Of a DNA stretch of 64,000 nucleotides, positions 19,971 to 29,525 are shown piece after piece. Every line of letters starts with the position of its first letter. Within the stretch, counting starts at the first letter, position 1. The position numbers were made by a program, and so were the translations under genes. Below the pieces are notes generated by a model. That model searched no databases and was not told the DNA's origin. It saw only the letters and a list, made by a program, of their open reading frames with translations. This stretch comes from a virus (taxonomy: Duplodnaviria; Caudoviricetes). The DNA is taken from IMG/VR virus record IMGVR_UViG_3300028805_000061; one strand, written 5' to 3'.

Positions 19971-21023
19971 CAGGATCTGATAGATGCTGGAGGTAAAGTA
20001 AAACCCGATGAACCAGAACCACCCTATGTGGAAGTAGAATCTTTAGAAGATTTAAGTAATTTAATTTCTGGAGAAGAAGCAAAAATATATGCAGAAATAA
20101 AACAAGAATTAGCACTTGCTGCTAATGATAGAATAGTTATTCCAGCTGGTAAAGAAGTAAATCTAAAGATAGATAATAAAATCTCTTGTACTAAAACTGG
20201 TTTCTATGTTGAAGATGGCGGTACTTTGAACTTATCTGGAGAAGGTACTATACAAACTTCAAATAAAAGTACTTCTGGAGCAATGATAGAAGTTAAAGGG
20301 GCAAATGCTATTGTAAATATAGAAGATGTTACACTTGATGCTATTACAGTAAATGGTAAATCTACAAATAATCAAGCTTATGGGATTTATGCAATGGATG
20401 ATGCTTCAATTAATTTTAAATCTGGTACTATTAAATGTGCTTATGGATCTTGTATAAGTACAAATAATACTACTGAAGGAGCTACTGTAATTAATGTAGA
20501 AGGTGGGGAATTATTATGTGATGGTTCTTATGCAATTTACCTCCCTTCACAATCTACAGTAAATATTAAAGGCGATGCTAAAGTACAAGGTATTAATGCT
20601 AGAATGGGCAAATTTAATATTAGTGAAAATGCTCAAATACTACCTACAACCATTACAGAAGCTGATTATGATAATATTGGAAGTAATTTCAATACATCAG
20701 GCTGTGTATGGTTAGGTGATACAATAGCAATAATGGCTGGTACATATACTGATGTAGATGGTACTGAATGTATTTTCAATATTAAAGATAATGCAACGGT
20801 TACAAGCAACTTTAGATCAGCAATTGGTATTTATGAAGTAGATACTAAAGAAGCTCAAGTAGTTACATTCAATGTAGCTAATGCAGCAAATGTTACTACT
20901 AGTGATCAAGGATTTGAAAATATTACAGTTTATAATCATGAATATATAGCTGAACAAGCTCAAGCTGCTGGTAAAACCTACAATCCTTCTGTTCAATCTG
21001 ATGTTACTGTCAATGTAGCTTAG
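19878..21023 (+). CDS. putative surface/adhesin protein: N-terminal anchor, Pro linker, beta-helix-like domain
   Basis: KPDEPEPP linker then repeated short beta strands (GTLNLSGEGTI, INFKSGTI, VINVEGGEL, YAIYLP..STVNIKG). Confidence 0.65.
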   Translation: MILGYNTLNLPNIDALDPEKTLKDIGVTLTKQDLIDAGGKVKPDEPEPPYVEVESLEDLSNLISGEEAKIYAEIKQELALAANDRIVIPAGKEVNLKIDNKISCTKTGFYVEDGGTLNLSGEGTIQTSNKSTSGAMIEVKGANAIVNIEDVTLDAITVNGKSTNNQAYGIYAMDDASINFKSGTIKCAYGSCISTNNTTEGATVINVEGGELLCDGSYAIYLPSQSTVNIKGDAKVQGINARMGKFNISENAQILPTTITEADYDNIGSNFNTSGCVWLGDTIAIMAGTYTDVDGTECIFNIKDNATVTSNFRSAIGIYEVDTKEAQVVTFNVANAANVTTSDQGFENITVYNHEYIAEQAQAAGKTYNPSVQSDVTVNVA

Positions 21024-21052
21024 TCTCATCCTCTACTTTTCTTTCTATTAAT

Positions 21053-21089
21053 ATAAGAGAAACAGTTTAAATAATTGTTTCTCTTATTT
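21053..21089 (+). terminator. intrinsic terminator
   Basis: ataagagaaaca...tgtttctcttat inverted repeat. Confidence 0.6.
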
Positions 21090-21325
21090 GTGCCTATAAT
21101 TTTAATAGTTAAAAATAATAAATAGGAAACTATATATGACTAAAGATAATATATGTCCTTTTAGAAATTATAATATTATGTTACCAGGACCTCCTATACC
21201 TAATAATTATTGTGATGTTACTCATAGTTATTGTATATGGCCTTGTGAATATGATAGATGTGATCACTATAAAAAAGCTATTAGGGCTAGAGAAATGTTA
21301 GAGAATATTAAGAAAGAAAACAGTA

Positions 21326-21850
21326 ATGCTTAGAAAAAGATTACAAATACTAGAAAAATCTACAACATTAAAAAGTATAGAAGAGATTGATGATTTTATT
21401 AAAAAAGTGATTACTACTACAAATGGTTGGTTTGATCCAGAAACACTATGGGAAGTAGAAAACCCATATAAAGTAATGAATAGATTACATGAATTAGGAC
21501 TAAAAGTTGATACTTATAAGAAAAAAGATAATAAATTTTCCTTAATAGATTTATCTGTACCTTACAAATTAGTAGAAGTATTAGAAGATGATACTTATAT
21601 AAGTGTTTGTCAATATAATAAAGATAATAAAGATGACAATTTTATGCAAGATTTATTTTTATCACATTGGTTAGATAGACAATGTTATTTTTCTAAGATT
21701 GGACCTCACAATGTTTGCTTTATTTGTAACAAAGGAGGAACTTTAAAAGCTTTTCCAGCAAGTTATATAGTAAAAATAGGATTACAAAATCCTAAAATAT
21801 TTGTAAGTACAAAAGAAGGGATAGAAGAAAAGTATAGAAAGGTTTGTTAA
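21326..21850 (+). CDS. hypothetical protein
   Basis: ORF track. Confidence 0.6.
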   Translation: MLRKRLQILEKSTTLKSIEEIDDFIKKVITTTNGWFDPETLWEVENPYKVMNRLHELGLKVDTYKKKDNKFSLIDLSVPYKLVEVLEDDTYISVCQYNKDNKDDNFMQDLFLSHWLDRQCYFSKIGPHNVCFICNKGGTLKAFPASYIVKIGLQNPKIFVSTKEGIEEKYRKVC

Positions 21851-22165
21851 ATGAAATTAAGACGATTAACAGATAAAATAGGAATTTTTATTTGGGTTAT
21901 AGGTATATTTGTTGTACTATTAACTATAGTGGACATAGTATTTAAACCATTTTCACAATTTTGTATAATCCCTATTCAAGTATTAGGAGTAGCTATACAG
22001 TTGTTATTAATTATAGTAGGGTGTAGAGCTTTTGATAAAAGATGGAAGTTTTCTTCAAAAGTAAGTGATGCTGTATTAACTTGTTATTTTGTTCAAAATG
22101 CTATGCCTACATTAAAAGCTATAGAAGACTATAAAGAGGAGTTAAGAAAGAAGAAAGATGAATAA
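21851..22165 (+). CDS. membrane protein
   Basis: Two hydrophobic helices. Confidence 0.6.
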   Translation: MKLRRLTDKIGIFIWVIGIFVVLLTIVDIVFKPFSQFCIIPIQVLGVAIQLLLIIVGCRAFDKRWKFSSKVSDAVLTCYFVQNAMPTLKAIEDYKEELRKKKDE

Positions 22166-22362
22166 GTATAAAAATTTAGAGATGTATAAAAAATGTTTTG
22201 TAGAATTTGTTAACAGTTCTGGTAAAAAGTTAGCATTATCTACTCATAATCAAAATAAATATCCTTATTTATTAATTGAATCAGGAGAAGGTAAATATAA
22301 TATTGTAGGAAGAGTAACTAAACCAGAAAAATTAGTAGAATGGTTGAAAGGAGCTAGTTTTA

Positions 22363-22767
22363 ATGAACAAGGGTAATAGTCCAGAGAATTATATATTTGT
22401 ACCAGGTACAAAAGCTTATGCTATTCATTTAGGGAGAAGAGATTTAAAAGAAAAATGTAAAGCTTGTAATGGTAAAGGTGAAATAATTTTAGATGGGAAA
22501 AGTTATACTTGTCCAGCTTGTTCTGGTTGGGGCTTCCATCATGTTAAGACACCTGATGAATGGTTACTTACTTATGAAATGCCTAAGGAAATTACTCAGA
22601 TAAATATTAGAGAAAAAGAAATACATTATTTTTTCGGTTGTAATGGTTATAATCAAACTGATGTTTTCCTCACTAGAAAAGAAGCTATAAAAGAAATAAA
22701 TAAAAGAAATAAAAAATTGCAACAAATTCAAGATGCAAAGGAGGCACTAAAAGTATATGAAAACTAA
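22363..22767 (+). CDS. DnaJ-type zinc-finger protein
   Basis: CKACNGKG...CPACSGWG (CxxCxGxG twice). Confidence 0.75.
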   Translation: MNKGNSPENYIFVPGTKAYAIHLGRRDLKEKCKACNGKGEIILDGKSYTCPACSGWGFHHVKTPDEWLLTYEMPKEITQINIREKEIHYFFGCNGYNQTDVFLTRKEAIKEINKRNKKLQQIQDAKEALKVYEN

Positions 22768-23418
22768 AATGGGTATTGATTATATTATGAGAGTAAAAAA
22801 TATAGTTAGATATGCTATTAAAGAACTCTCAGATGGAAAAACTTTTTATAATGAATATTTTAAAGGTAATGAATATTCTATATTAAGTAGAGCTGATAGA
22901 GCTTTATTCATTCTTTCACAAATAGATGGTAATTCTGAATTAGGTCAACCAGAAAATATACCAGCAAGATTAGAACATTTGATAAAAGGATTGAATAATG
23001 AATAGAAATAAGAGAATAATAGATTGCACTCCAAATGAAATATTTAATTTAGGTAAACAGCTTATTGATTATTATTTTGAGAAGAAAAATTATGTAGTAA
23101 GTCAAGATCCTATGGATATATTAAGAAAAATAACACAACATAAACCACAATTTAGAGAAGGAGAAATAGTATGCCAAGATCAAAAGGGACTTTAAATTTA
23201 TATTTTGGATTTCTTCATGAGTCCATATCAAAACAAGTAAAAGAAGAAGGTTATTATTTACCAGAAGAAAAATCTAAATATTTTGATAAATGTTTTGATG
23301 CTATAAATCAATTAAAGTTTTTAATAACTGATTCACAATATTCAGCTATATGTAAAAGACTAAATAAAGAAGTCCATAAAACGGTGGAACAATATTTAAT
23401 GGATGAGAAATTAAAATA

Positions 23419-23835
23419 ATGTATAAAATATATACTAGTTATTTTAGACACAAACAAGTAAAGAAATGGCAACAACCTTCTAGTGATAGACCTTTATTAA
23501 TTCCTATTTGTAGAGGACTAACTAGACTAGATACAGATTTATATTATAGTTGGTATAGGGAATTAGCACCCTCAGAGGAATTACTTACCAGATACAATAA
23601 TGTAAGAATCAAATGCCCTAAAATAAGAAAATGGTTTACTGAGAAATATTTAGAAGAGCTTGATGAGCTTAGATATAATGGACTCTTAGAAAAATTTGTA
23701 AAAGAATTTCAGCATTTAGTAAAATATAATGATGTGATTTTACTATGTTATGAAAAAAGTTCAGAATTCTGTCATAGACATATTTTAGCTTCTTATCTGA
23801 AGAAATATTACAATTTAGATATCCTAGAATATTAA
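23419..23835 (+). CDS. DUF488-family protein
   Basis: KIYTSYF start, ELAPSEELL, VILLCYEKSSEFCHRHILA. Confidence 0.8.
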   Translation: MYKIYTSYFRHKQVKKWQQPSSDRPLLIPICRGLTRLDTDLYYSWYRELAPSEELLTRYNNVRIKCPKIRKWFTEKYLEELDELRYNGLLEKFVKEFQHLVKYNDVILLCYEKSSEFCHRHILASYLKKYYNLDILEY

Positions 23836-23873
23836 ATTTATTTATAAAATATTTTAAAGGTTAAGGGAAATAA

Positions 23874-24302
23874 ATGTCAGAACAAGATAGTGAGTGCAGA
23901 ATAGATCATAATATGTTAGAGTATTCAATAAATAGACTAACAGAAAAAATAGACGGTATTACTTCTTCTCTAGCAGAAATGAATACTGGCTTACGAGTAA
24001 TGGACTCTAAAGTAGATGATTTTTCTTATAGATTGAAAAAAGTTGAAGAAAGAGATGCTCAAGTACAAAGTTTAATACAAAAAGTAGACATTATTGTGAA
24101 AAAACTTGAGCCAGATGTAGATAGAATTGCTGAAAAACAAAGAAATTTTGAAGATTTGACTAAAGAAGAAGAACATAAATTTGATACCAGATTAACAAAG
24201 ATTGAGAATAATTGGGGTTGGGTAGTAGCTATAGCTGGTATTAGTTCTGGTATAATAGTTGCTGTTGCTCAACATATAATACTACAAATATTTTTTAAAT
24301 AG
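23874..24302 (+). CDS. coiled-coil protein with C-terminal TM helix (XhlA/holin-like)
   Basis: Heptad repeats then WGWVVAIAGISSGIIVAVA. Confidence 0.55.
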   Translation: MSEQDSECRIDHNMLEYSINRLTEKIDGITSSLAEMNTGLRVMDSKVDDFSYRLKKVEERDAQVQSLIQKVDIIVKKLEPDVDRIAEKQRNFEDLTKEEEHKFDTRLTKIENNWGWVVAIAGISSGIIVAVAQHIILQIFFK

Positions 24303-24310
24303 GAGAAATA

Positions 24311-24694
24311 ATGGATAATAGAACTTTGATTGAATCTTTAGAATACCATGTTAATATTTTTGAAGAAGAGTCTAAATTGAAAAATGTTGCTGTAGTAGGG
24401 GGTGGAGCAGTTACTGGAGGTTTAGCCGGTAGAGCTATAGGGAGGGGTATAGGTAAACTCCAAGGTGCTAATAAAATAGCTAATACTGTAGCAAAAAATA
24501 GAACTGCTGATATAGCCAAAAAAGCAGTTGGACTAAGTGCTAAAAGTTCTATTAAAGGCCAAATCTTAAAACAGGCTCCTACTATAGGTAAAGGTATACA
24601 AAAACTAGGTAAAGCAGGAGCATTAGGAGGAGCTATAGCTGGAGGAGTTTTAGCAAAGAAAGCTTATGATCACTTTAAGAATAAAAAGAAATAA
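24311..24694 (+). CDS. cationic glycine-zipper protein with acidic leader (putative internal head protein)
   Basis: LIESLEYHVNIFEE leader; GGLAG..IG; C-terminal GGAIAGGVLAKKAYDHFK shared with the 32.7-36.8 kb family. Confidence 0.7.
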   Translation: MDNRTLIESLEYHVNIFEEESKLKNVAVVGGGAVTGGLAGRAIGRGIGKLQGANKIANTVAKNRTADIAKKAVGLSAKSSIKGQILKQAPTIGKGIQKLGKAGALGGAIAGGVLAKKAYDHFKNKKK

Positions 24695-24872
24695 TAAACA
24701 ATGCTAGAACAAGACAAAATTAATTATTCTACACCTGATTTAGAAAAAATAAATTCTAAATCTCTTTTATTAGATAGTGAAAAACCTAAACAAAAGAAAA
24801 GATTCGGCTTTTCATTTTTCTATAATATATTTAATAAATCCTTCAAAATTAATTTTAAATGGAGAATTTAAT

Positions 24873-25550
24873 ATGCCAACAGATAAATCTTTAGTTAAAG
24901 ACTATTTATATCAACAATATGAAATGGCTCCAGAAGAAGCTGAAAGACATGAAATATTTGTTGAACGTGAATTAGCTAGATTAGAAAAAGAGTTTTGGCG
25001 TAAACATAAAAAATTACCAAAAAGAGAAACAGTAGTGGGAGTTGCTTTTTCTCCAGTACCTATATCAAGACACAGAATTATAGAACCACAAGATTATAAA
25101 AATATTTTAAATTATAAAACTAGATACTCTTTAGCAGATGATAAAAAAGAATTTCCTTCAATATTTGACAATGAGTTTGTATTTGGAATAAAAACTACTA
25201 AAAGAGTATTAATTGGTAGAGTTTATAAAAGGTATAGATGGAACAATGCTGATATTATAGGAATTATTCAACTTATTGCAATGTGTTCTAAAGATGATAG
25301 AAGAATAATTCTTGCTTCAGGTTTACATGATTTCCTTTTAGAATATAAATATGAGATATATAATAAGTGGTTTGAACAAGACAGTTCATTAAGTGTTGAT
25401 GAATTTAGGTGGATTACAAGTGATACATTTAGATGGCTTTGTGAAGAACAGGGTTTTAGACACAGTAAAGCTGTTGCTATGGCTAATATAATGGATTGTT
25501 TTCAAAAACATATAGAGAAAAAGAAATGGGACATAGAAATTGAATCCTAA
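24873..25550 (+). CDS. DUF1353-like protein
   Basis: YRWNNADI...ASGLHDFL...SDTF pattern; ATG 24873 follows GGAG RBS. Confidence 0.55.
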   Translation: MPTDKSLVKDYLYQQYEMAPEEAERHEIFVERELARLEKEFWRKHKKLPKRETVVGVAFSPVPISRHRIIEPQDYKNILNYKTRYSLADDKKEFPSIFDNEFVFGIKTTKRVLIGRVYKRYRWNNADIIGIIQLIAMCSKDDRRIILASGLHDFLLEYKYEIYNKWFEQDSSLSVDEFRWITSDTFRWLCEEQGFRHSKAVAMANIMDCFQKHIEKKKWDIEIES

Positions 25551-25827
25551 AATTGAAAAAGAAATAAAGAAAGCAGTAGACAATAAAATAATAAGTTGGG
25601 CTTTTATCGAATATCTAAAACATTGTGAAAGAGAAATAAGAGCTAAAATTGTAGAAAAAATTATAATGTATACTTTAGGTTCATTTTTTACATTTAATAT
25701 TCTTAATTTTATTTTCAGAAAAGAAATAGCTGAGATGATAGATGATGTTCAGAACTTAACTAAAGATAAGTTATCTGCTTTTATTGATAAATTAAAGAGA
25801 TTTAGAGCTAAAAAACATAGTAAATAA
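25540..25827 (+). CDS. membrane protein
   Basis: Single hydrophobic segment. Confidence 0.5.
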   Translation: MNPKIEKEIKKAVDNKIISWAFIEYLKHCEREIRAKIVEKIIMYTLGSFFTFNILNFIFRKEIAEMIDDVQNLTKDKLSAFIDKLKRFRAKKHSK

Positions 25828-25846
25828 AAAGTATAGGGAGAATTTC

Positions 25847-26383
25847 ATGAATTATCATGATATTACTAAGTGTGATATGCTTAATGGGGATGGTTTAAGA
25901 GTAGTTTTATGGGTTTCTGGTTGTAGTCATCATTGTAAAGGTTGTCAAAATCCACAAACTTGGGATGGAAATTCTGGAATTCTCTTTGATGAAAAAGCTA
26001 AACAAGAATTAATTGAAGCTTTAAAACCAGATTATATTAGTGGTATTACCTTTTCTGGGGGTGATCCACTATATTTATACCACAGAAGAGAAATTTTAGA
26101 GCTAATTAAGGAGCTTAAAATTTTATTTCCTATTAAAACTATATGGCTTTATACTGGTTTTACTTTAGAAGAAATAATACAGTGGCCTATAGGAAAAGAA
26201 TTACTTTCTTTAATTGATGTTTTAGTAGATGGAAGATTTATTTTAGAAGAAAGAGATCCTAATTTACAATGGGTGGGGTCACCTAATCAAAGAGTTATTG
26301 ATGTACAAAAAACTCTCCAATCTTCACATATAATAAAACATTGTGAAGTATACTACGATAGTTATAAGGGTAAGAGATATTAA
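25847..26383 (+). CDS. nrdG: anaerobic ribonucleotide reductase activating protein (radical SAM)
   Basis: NGDGLRVVLWVSGCSHHCKGCQNPQTW (CxxxCxxC), ITFSGGDPL, DVLVDGRF, GSPNQRVID. Confidence 0.95.
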   Translation: MNYHDITKCDMLNGDGLRVVLWVSGCSHHCKGCQNPQTWDGNSGILFDEKAKQELIEALKPDYISGITFSGGDPLYLYHRREILELIKELKILFPIKTIWLYTGFTLEEIIQWPIGKELLSLIDVLVDGRFILEERDPNLQWVGSPNQRVIDVQKTLQSSHIIKHCEVYYDSYKGKRY

Positions 26384-26392
26384 ATAAAAAGA

Positions 26393-26445
26393 GGAAGTAG
26401 ATAATTATCTACTTCCAAAGAAGTTTGGTAAAATATTTTGAAGTT
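26393..26445. terminator. cassette A downstream end: 24-bp palindrome (probable bidirectional terminator) plus conserved 29-mer
   Basis: ggaagtagataattatctacttcc then aaagaagtttggtaaaatattttgaagtt (28/29 identical to 54320-54348). Confidence 0.8.
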
Positions 26446-26450
26446 CCTCC

Positions 26451-27080
26451 TTAATTTCGCTTTGTGAAGGTTAAAATATCTGTTGTATCACCATTACCCT
26501 GCTGACTATAGCGATTATATCCACAACCATAAAGTTCACCATCGTTAGTTAAGTACCATGTTGTTGTATTTGAACAAGCAAAATCTTTTACATTACTTGC
26601 TCTTTGAGTAAACCTTGTAACATCTGTTGTATCGCCTGAACCTTGTTGACCGTAATTATTCCATCCACAACCATAAAGTTCACCATCGTTAGTTAGATAC
26701 CATGTAACGCTACTTGAACAAGCAACTTGTGCTACATTACTTGCTCTTTGAGTAAAATGTCTAACACTTGATGTATTTCCTGAACCTTGTTGGCCATAGT
26801 TATTACCTCCACAACCATATAATTCACCGTTGTTAGTTAGATACCATGTTGTTATATCTTGGCCAATAATTTGTGCTACGTTACTTGCACGTTGGGTAAA
26901 GGTTAAAACATTCGCTGAACTTCCTGAACCTTGTTGATAATAGTAACTATATCCACAACCATAAAGTTTACCATCGTTAGTTACATACCAAGTTGTATAA
27001 TCTGAGCAAGCAAAATCTTTTACACCACCGGCAATTTTTCGAAATCCTCCAAGGGGTTCCAATTTTGTTTTTATACCCAT
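26451..27080 (-). CDS. RCC1/BLIP-II-like repeat protein (four 48-aa blades) with MGIKTKLEPLGG tag
   Basis: Four repeats of V..(F/V)ACS...TWYLTNDGELYGCG.N.Y.QQGSG....V..FTQRASN; AGGAGG RBS on the minus strand. Confidence 0.85.
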   Translation of the reverse strand: MGIKTKLEPLGGFRKIAGGVKDFACSDYTTWYVTNDGKLYGCGYSYYYQQGSGSSANVLTFTQRASNVAQIIGQDITTWYLTNNGELYGCGGNNYGQQGSGNTSSVRHFTQRASNVAQVACSSSVTWYLTNDGELYGCGWNNYGQQGSGDTTDVTRFTQRASNVKDFACSNTTTWYLTNDGELYGCGYNRYSQQGNGDTTDILTFTKRN

Positions 27081-27112
27081 AATAATTCACCTCCTAAAAT
27101 ATTTTATCAACA

Positions 27113-27156
27113 TAAAAATACCAGTTAAAAAAAATCCTATATAGGACACTCGAAAA
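27113..27156 (-). promoter_or_regulatory. cassette A upstream element (A8 tract plus TCCTATATAGGA palindrome)
   Basis: taaaaataccagtt-A8-tcctatataggacactcgaaaa; identical to 55800-55845 except tract length. Confidence 0.75.
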
Positions 27157-27236
27157 AGCTTTATCTTTTTAACAAAAAGAAAACATTTTTTTCATTTCTA
27201 TATATACTTATAAATAATTCAAATAGGAGAAAAGAA

Positions 27237-28037
27237 ATGAAGATAGATAAATTTCCATCTAGAATTCAAAGTATAATAGAAGAATTTGAATCAAAAGAAA
27301 ATCAGAAAAGATGGAGATATCTTTTAAAGATAGGTAATAAGACATTAGTAGCATCAAGAATAGAATTCAATGAAAATACAAATGAAGCATTTGTAAAATA
27401 TTCAGCGTCATCTTCAAATGGTTATAAAATAAATCCTTTATTCATTGAAAAGCTTTCTGATATACAAATAGAAAAAACAAATATTATTAGAAAGAAATTA
27501 GGATTAAGAGCACCATTAAAAAGAAGACCGATAGAAAGAGATGAATTAGGAATTCCCATTAAAAAACCAAGAAGAGAGAAAAAGAATAAAGAATTATCAG
27601 AATTAGAATTTAAAGCAATGTTTGACCCAAGATTTATTTCTAGTGAAACAAGAGATGAATTATTTGAAGAGAAAAATCTTTCTGGAGGAGCAAGATTACC
27701 AAAGAAAGCATTTAAAAAGATAAAACCTGAATTTAGAGAAGCCGTAAAATCTTTCCTTTCTAAATATATAGATTTACATACTATTACAGCTGATTATAAA
27801 AGAGATAATTATGGAACACTTTCATTAATAGTAGGAAAAACTTTTACTAATAATGGACAAATTGATCCCAGATTTAAAACATATAAAAGCTTTACTTTAA
27901 TACATAGACAAGGTAAACCTTATGTAAAAGTAATTCAGAATTCAGTGAAAACTGGAACAGATACTATATTTTATTTAATAAATGAAGATACTTTATTACA
28001 AGTTAGTAAAAGTCTTAGGTACAGAAATCGTGGTTAA
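27237..28037 (+). CDS. basic hypothetical protein
   Basis: AGGAG RBS; Lys/Arg-rich. Confidence 0.7.
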   Translation: MKIDKFPSRIQSIIEEFESKENQKRWRYLLKIGNKTLVASRIEFNENTNEAFVKYSASSSNGYKINPLFIEKLSDIQIEKTNIIRKKLGLRAPLKRRPIERDELGIPIKKPRREKKNKELSELEFKAMFDPRFISSETRDELFEEKNLSGGARLPKKAFKKIKPEFREAVKSFLSKYIDLHTITADYKRDNYGTLSLIVGKTFTNNGQIDPRFKTYKSFTLIHRQGKPYVKVIQNSVKTGTDTIFYLINEDTLLQVSKSLRYRNRG

Positions 28038-28200
28038 AGGAGGGTAAACAATGTCAAATGAACAAAATAATTTAAACATTAGAGAAATTGTAAAAGAAGT
28101 TGTTAAAGAAGAAATTAAACCCGAATTAGAAAAAATGAAACAACAACAAACTCAACATTTACAAGAAGGTAATATGTATTTGAATGAATAAAGGAATTTT

Positions 28201-28557
28201 ATGGAAGAAAAACAATTAGTTCCAGTACAAGAAAGAACTCTTAGGATATATAAACCCTTTATAAGATGTGCTACTTGTGTTAGAAATATAGATGGACAAA
28301 AAATGCAACATGGTTTTTATTCTAAGACATATTGTAATCAATTTAAAGAAACGAGACAAGATCAATACAGTGCCGATTATAATATAGAAAAAGATAGAAA
28401 ACTTGCACAACATTGTAAATATTATTTACCAGAAATAGGTACTATTGCTGATTTAACATATCTTGAACCTTACGAAATAGTAGATGATATGTTTAAATTA
28501 GATAAAGAACATGCTAAAAATTTAAGTGATTTATTTGGTAATAAGTTAAATAATTAG
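28201..28557 (+). CDS. Cys-containing hypothetical protein
   Basis: CATC...C...CKYY. Confidence 0.6.
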   Translation: MEEKQLVPVQERTLRIYKPFIRCATCVRNIDGQKMQHGFYSKTYCNQFKETRQDQYSADYNIEKDRKLAQHCKYYLPEIGTIADLTYLEPYEIVDDMFKLDKEHAKNLSDLFGNKLNN

Positions 28558-28621
28558 ATTTTAATATATTTAATAATATTTATATAAATAATAATGATTA
28601 AATATAAGGAGTTAATTTATA

Positions 28622-29401
28622 ATGACTATTTTTAATGGCTTACTAATAATAGCAACTATTTTATTTGTAGATCTTATTATAAACTATTTTTTAATAAATT
28701 ATAGTAATAAAAAATTTGAGAAATATCAAAATAAAATAGATGAATTAGAAAAAGATAATAGAAAATGTTTTGAACAAATTTCAGGTTTGTTAAATACTTC
28801 TGGTAAAACTATAAAATTAATTCAAAAATTTAAAAATCAATCAGGAAATAAATTTCAGAAAATAGATGAAGATTTAAAATCTATTATGAGAATGCATAAT
28901 GATTTAGTAGATATAGTTTATGAAAGTTTTGCTAATGTATATTGTGATCTTAATGAAGAAGATTGTTCTATTTGTGAATATTATGATAGATGTTCTAAAA
29001 GAGATTCCAGTAAAGAAAATGGATTTATAACTTATACAAAAGAACATCCCTCTGAAGATTCTTGTATAGCTTGTAATAGACCTATTAGTTATTCTTCAAT
29101 AATAATAGACCCAAATGATAAAGATTATTTGACTAAGTTAAAATCTACAATGTATAATTCAGGAGTACCAGAACAAGTAATTAGTCATTATTTAACATAT
29201 ATTAAGGCTCTATTAGAAAAATTGAATCTAGAAGGAAAATATATGGAAATTGCTTGGAATTTTAAAGAAACTGATGTAGTCAAAGGGGCTGGAATTATTA
29301 CTAATAAACCTATAGATAAAAATGAAATAGATAAAGAAAAACTAATAGATCCTAATTCAAAAATAGTTAAATCTTTAAATAAACTATATAAACAAGATTG
29401 A
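28622..29401 (+). CDS. membrane-anchored coiled-coil / Cys protein
   Basis: N-terminal TM helix, heptads, CSICEYYDRC and CIAC. Confidence 0.65.
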   Translation: MTIFNGLLIIATILFVDLIINYFLINYSNKKFEKYQNKIDELEKDNRKCFEQISGLLNTSGKTIKLIQKFKNQSGNKFQKIDEDLKSIMRMHNDLVDIVYESFANVYCDLNEEDCSICEYYDRCSKRDSSKENGFITYTKEHPSEDSCIACNRPISYSSIIIDPNDKDYLTKLKSTMYNSGVPEQVISHYLTYIKALLEKLNLEGKYMEIAWNFKETDVVKGAGIITNKPIDKNEIDKEKLIDPNSKIVKSLNKLYKQD

Positions 29402-29440
29402 TTTATCATTACACTAAAATTCAGAATTCCAGCAATAATA

Positions 29441-29472
29441 AAACCCTCTATAATATTAAAGGGTTTTTCTTT
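29441..29472 (+). terminator. intrinsic terminator
   Basis: aaaccct...agggttt plus ttctt. Confidence 0.55.
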
Positions 29473-29525
29473 GTGTTAACTATAAAAAATTCATAAATAC
29501 ATATATAAATTATAAGGAGAAATAA

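Noticed and set aside
26451-27080. RCC1 repeats as a DGR template/variable pair
   Set aside because: All four copies are in-frame coding, and differences are not restricted to adenines of any one copy (for example TGG/GGT/TAT, AGA CAT/TTA ACC).
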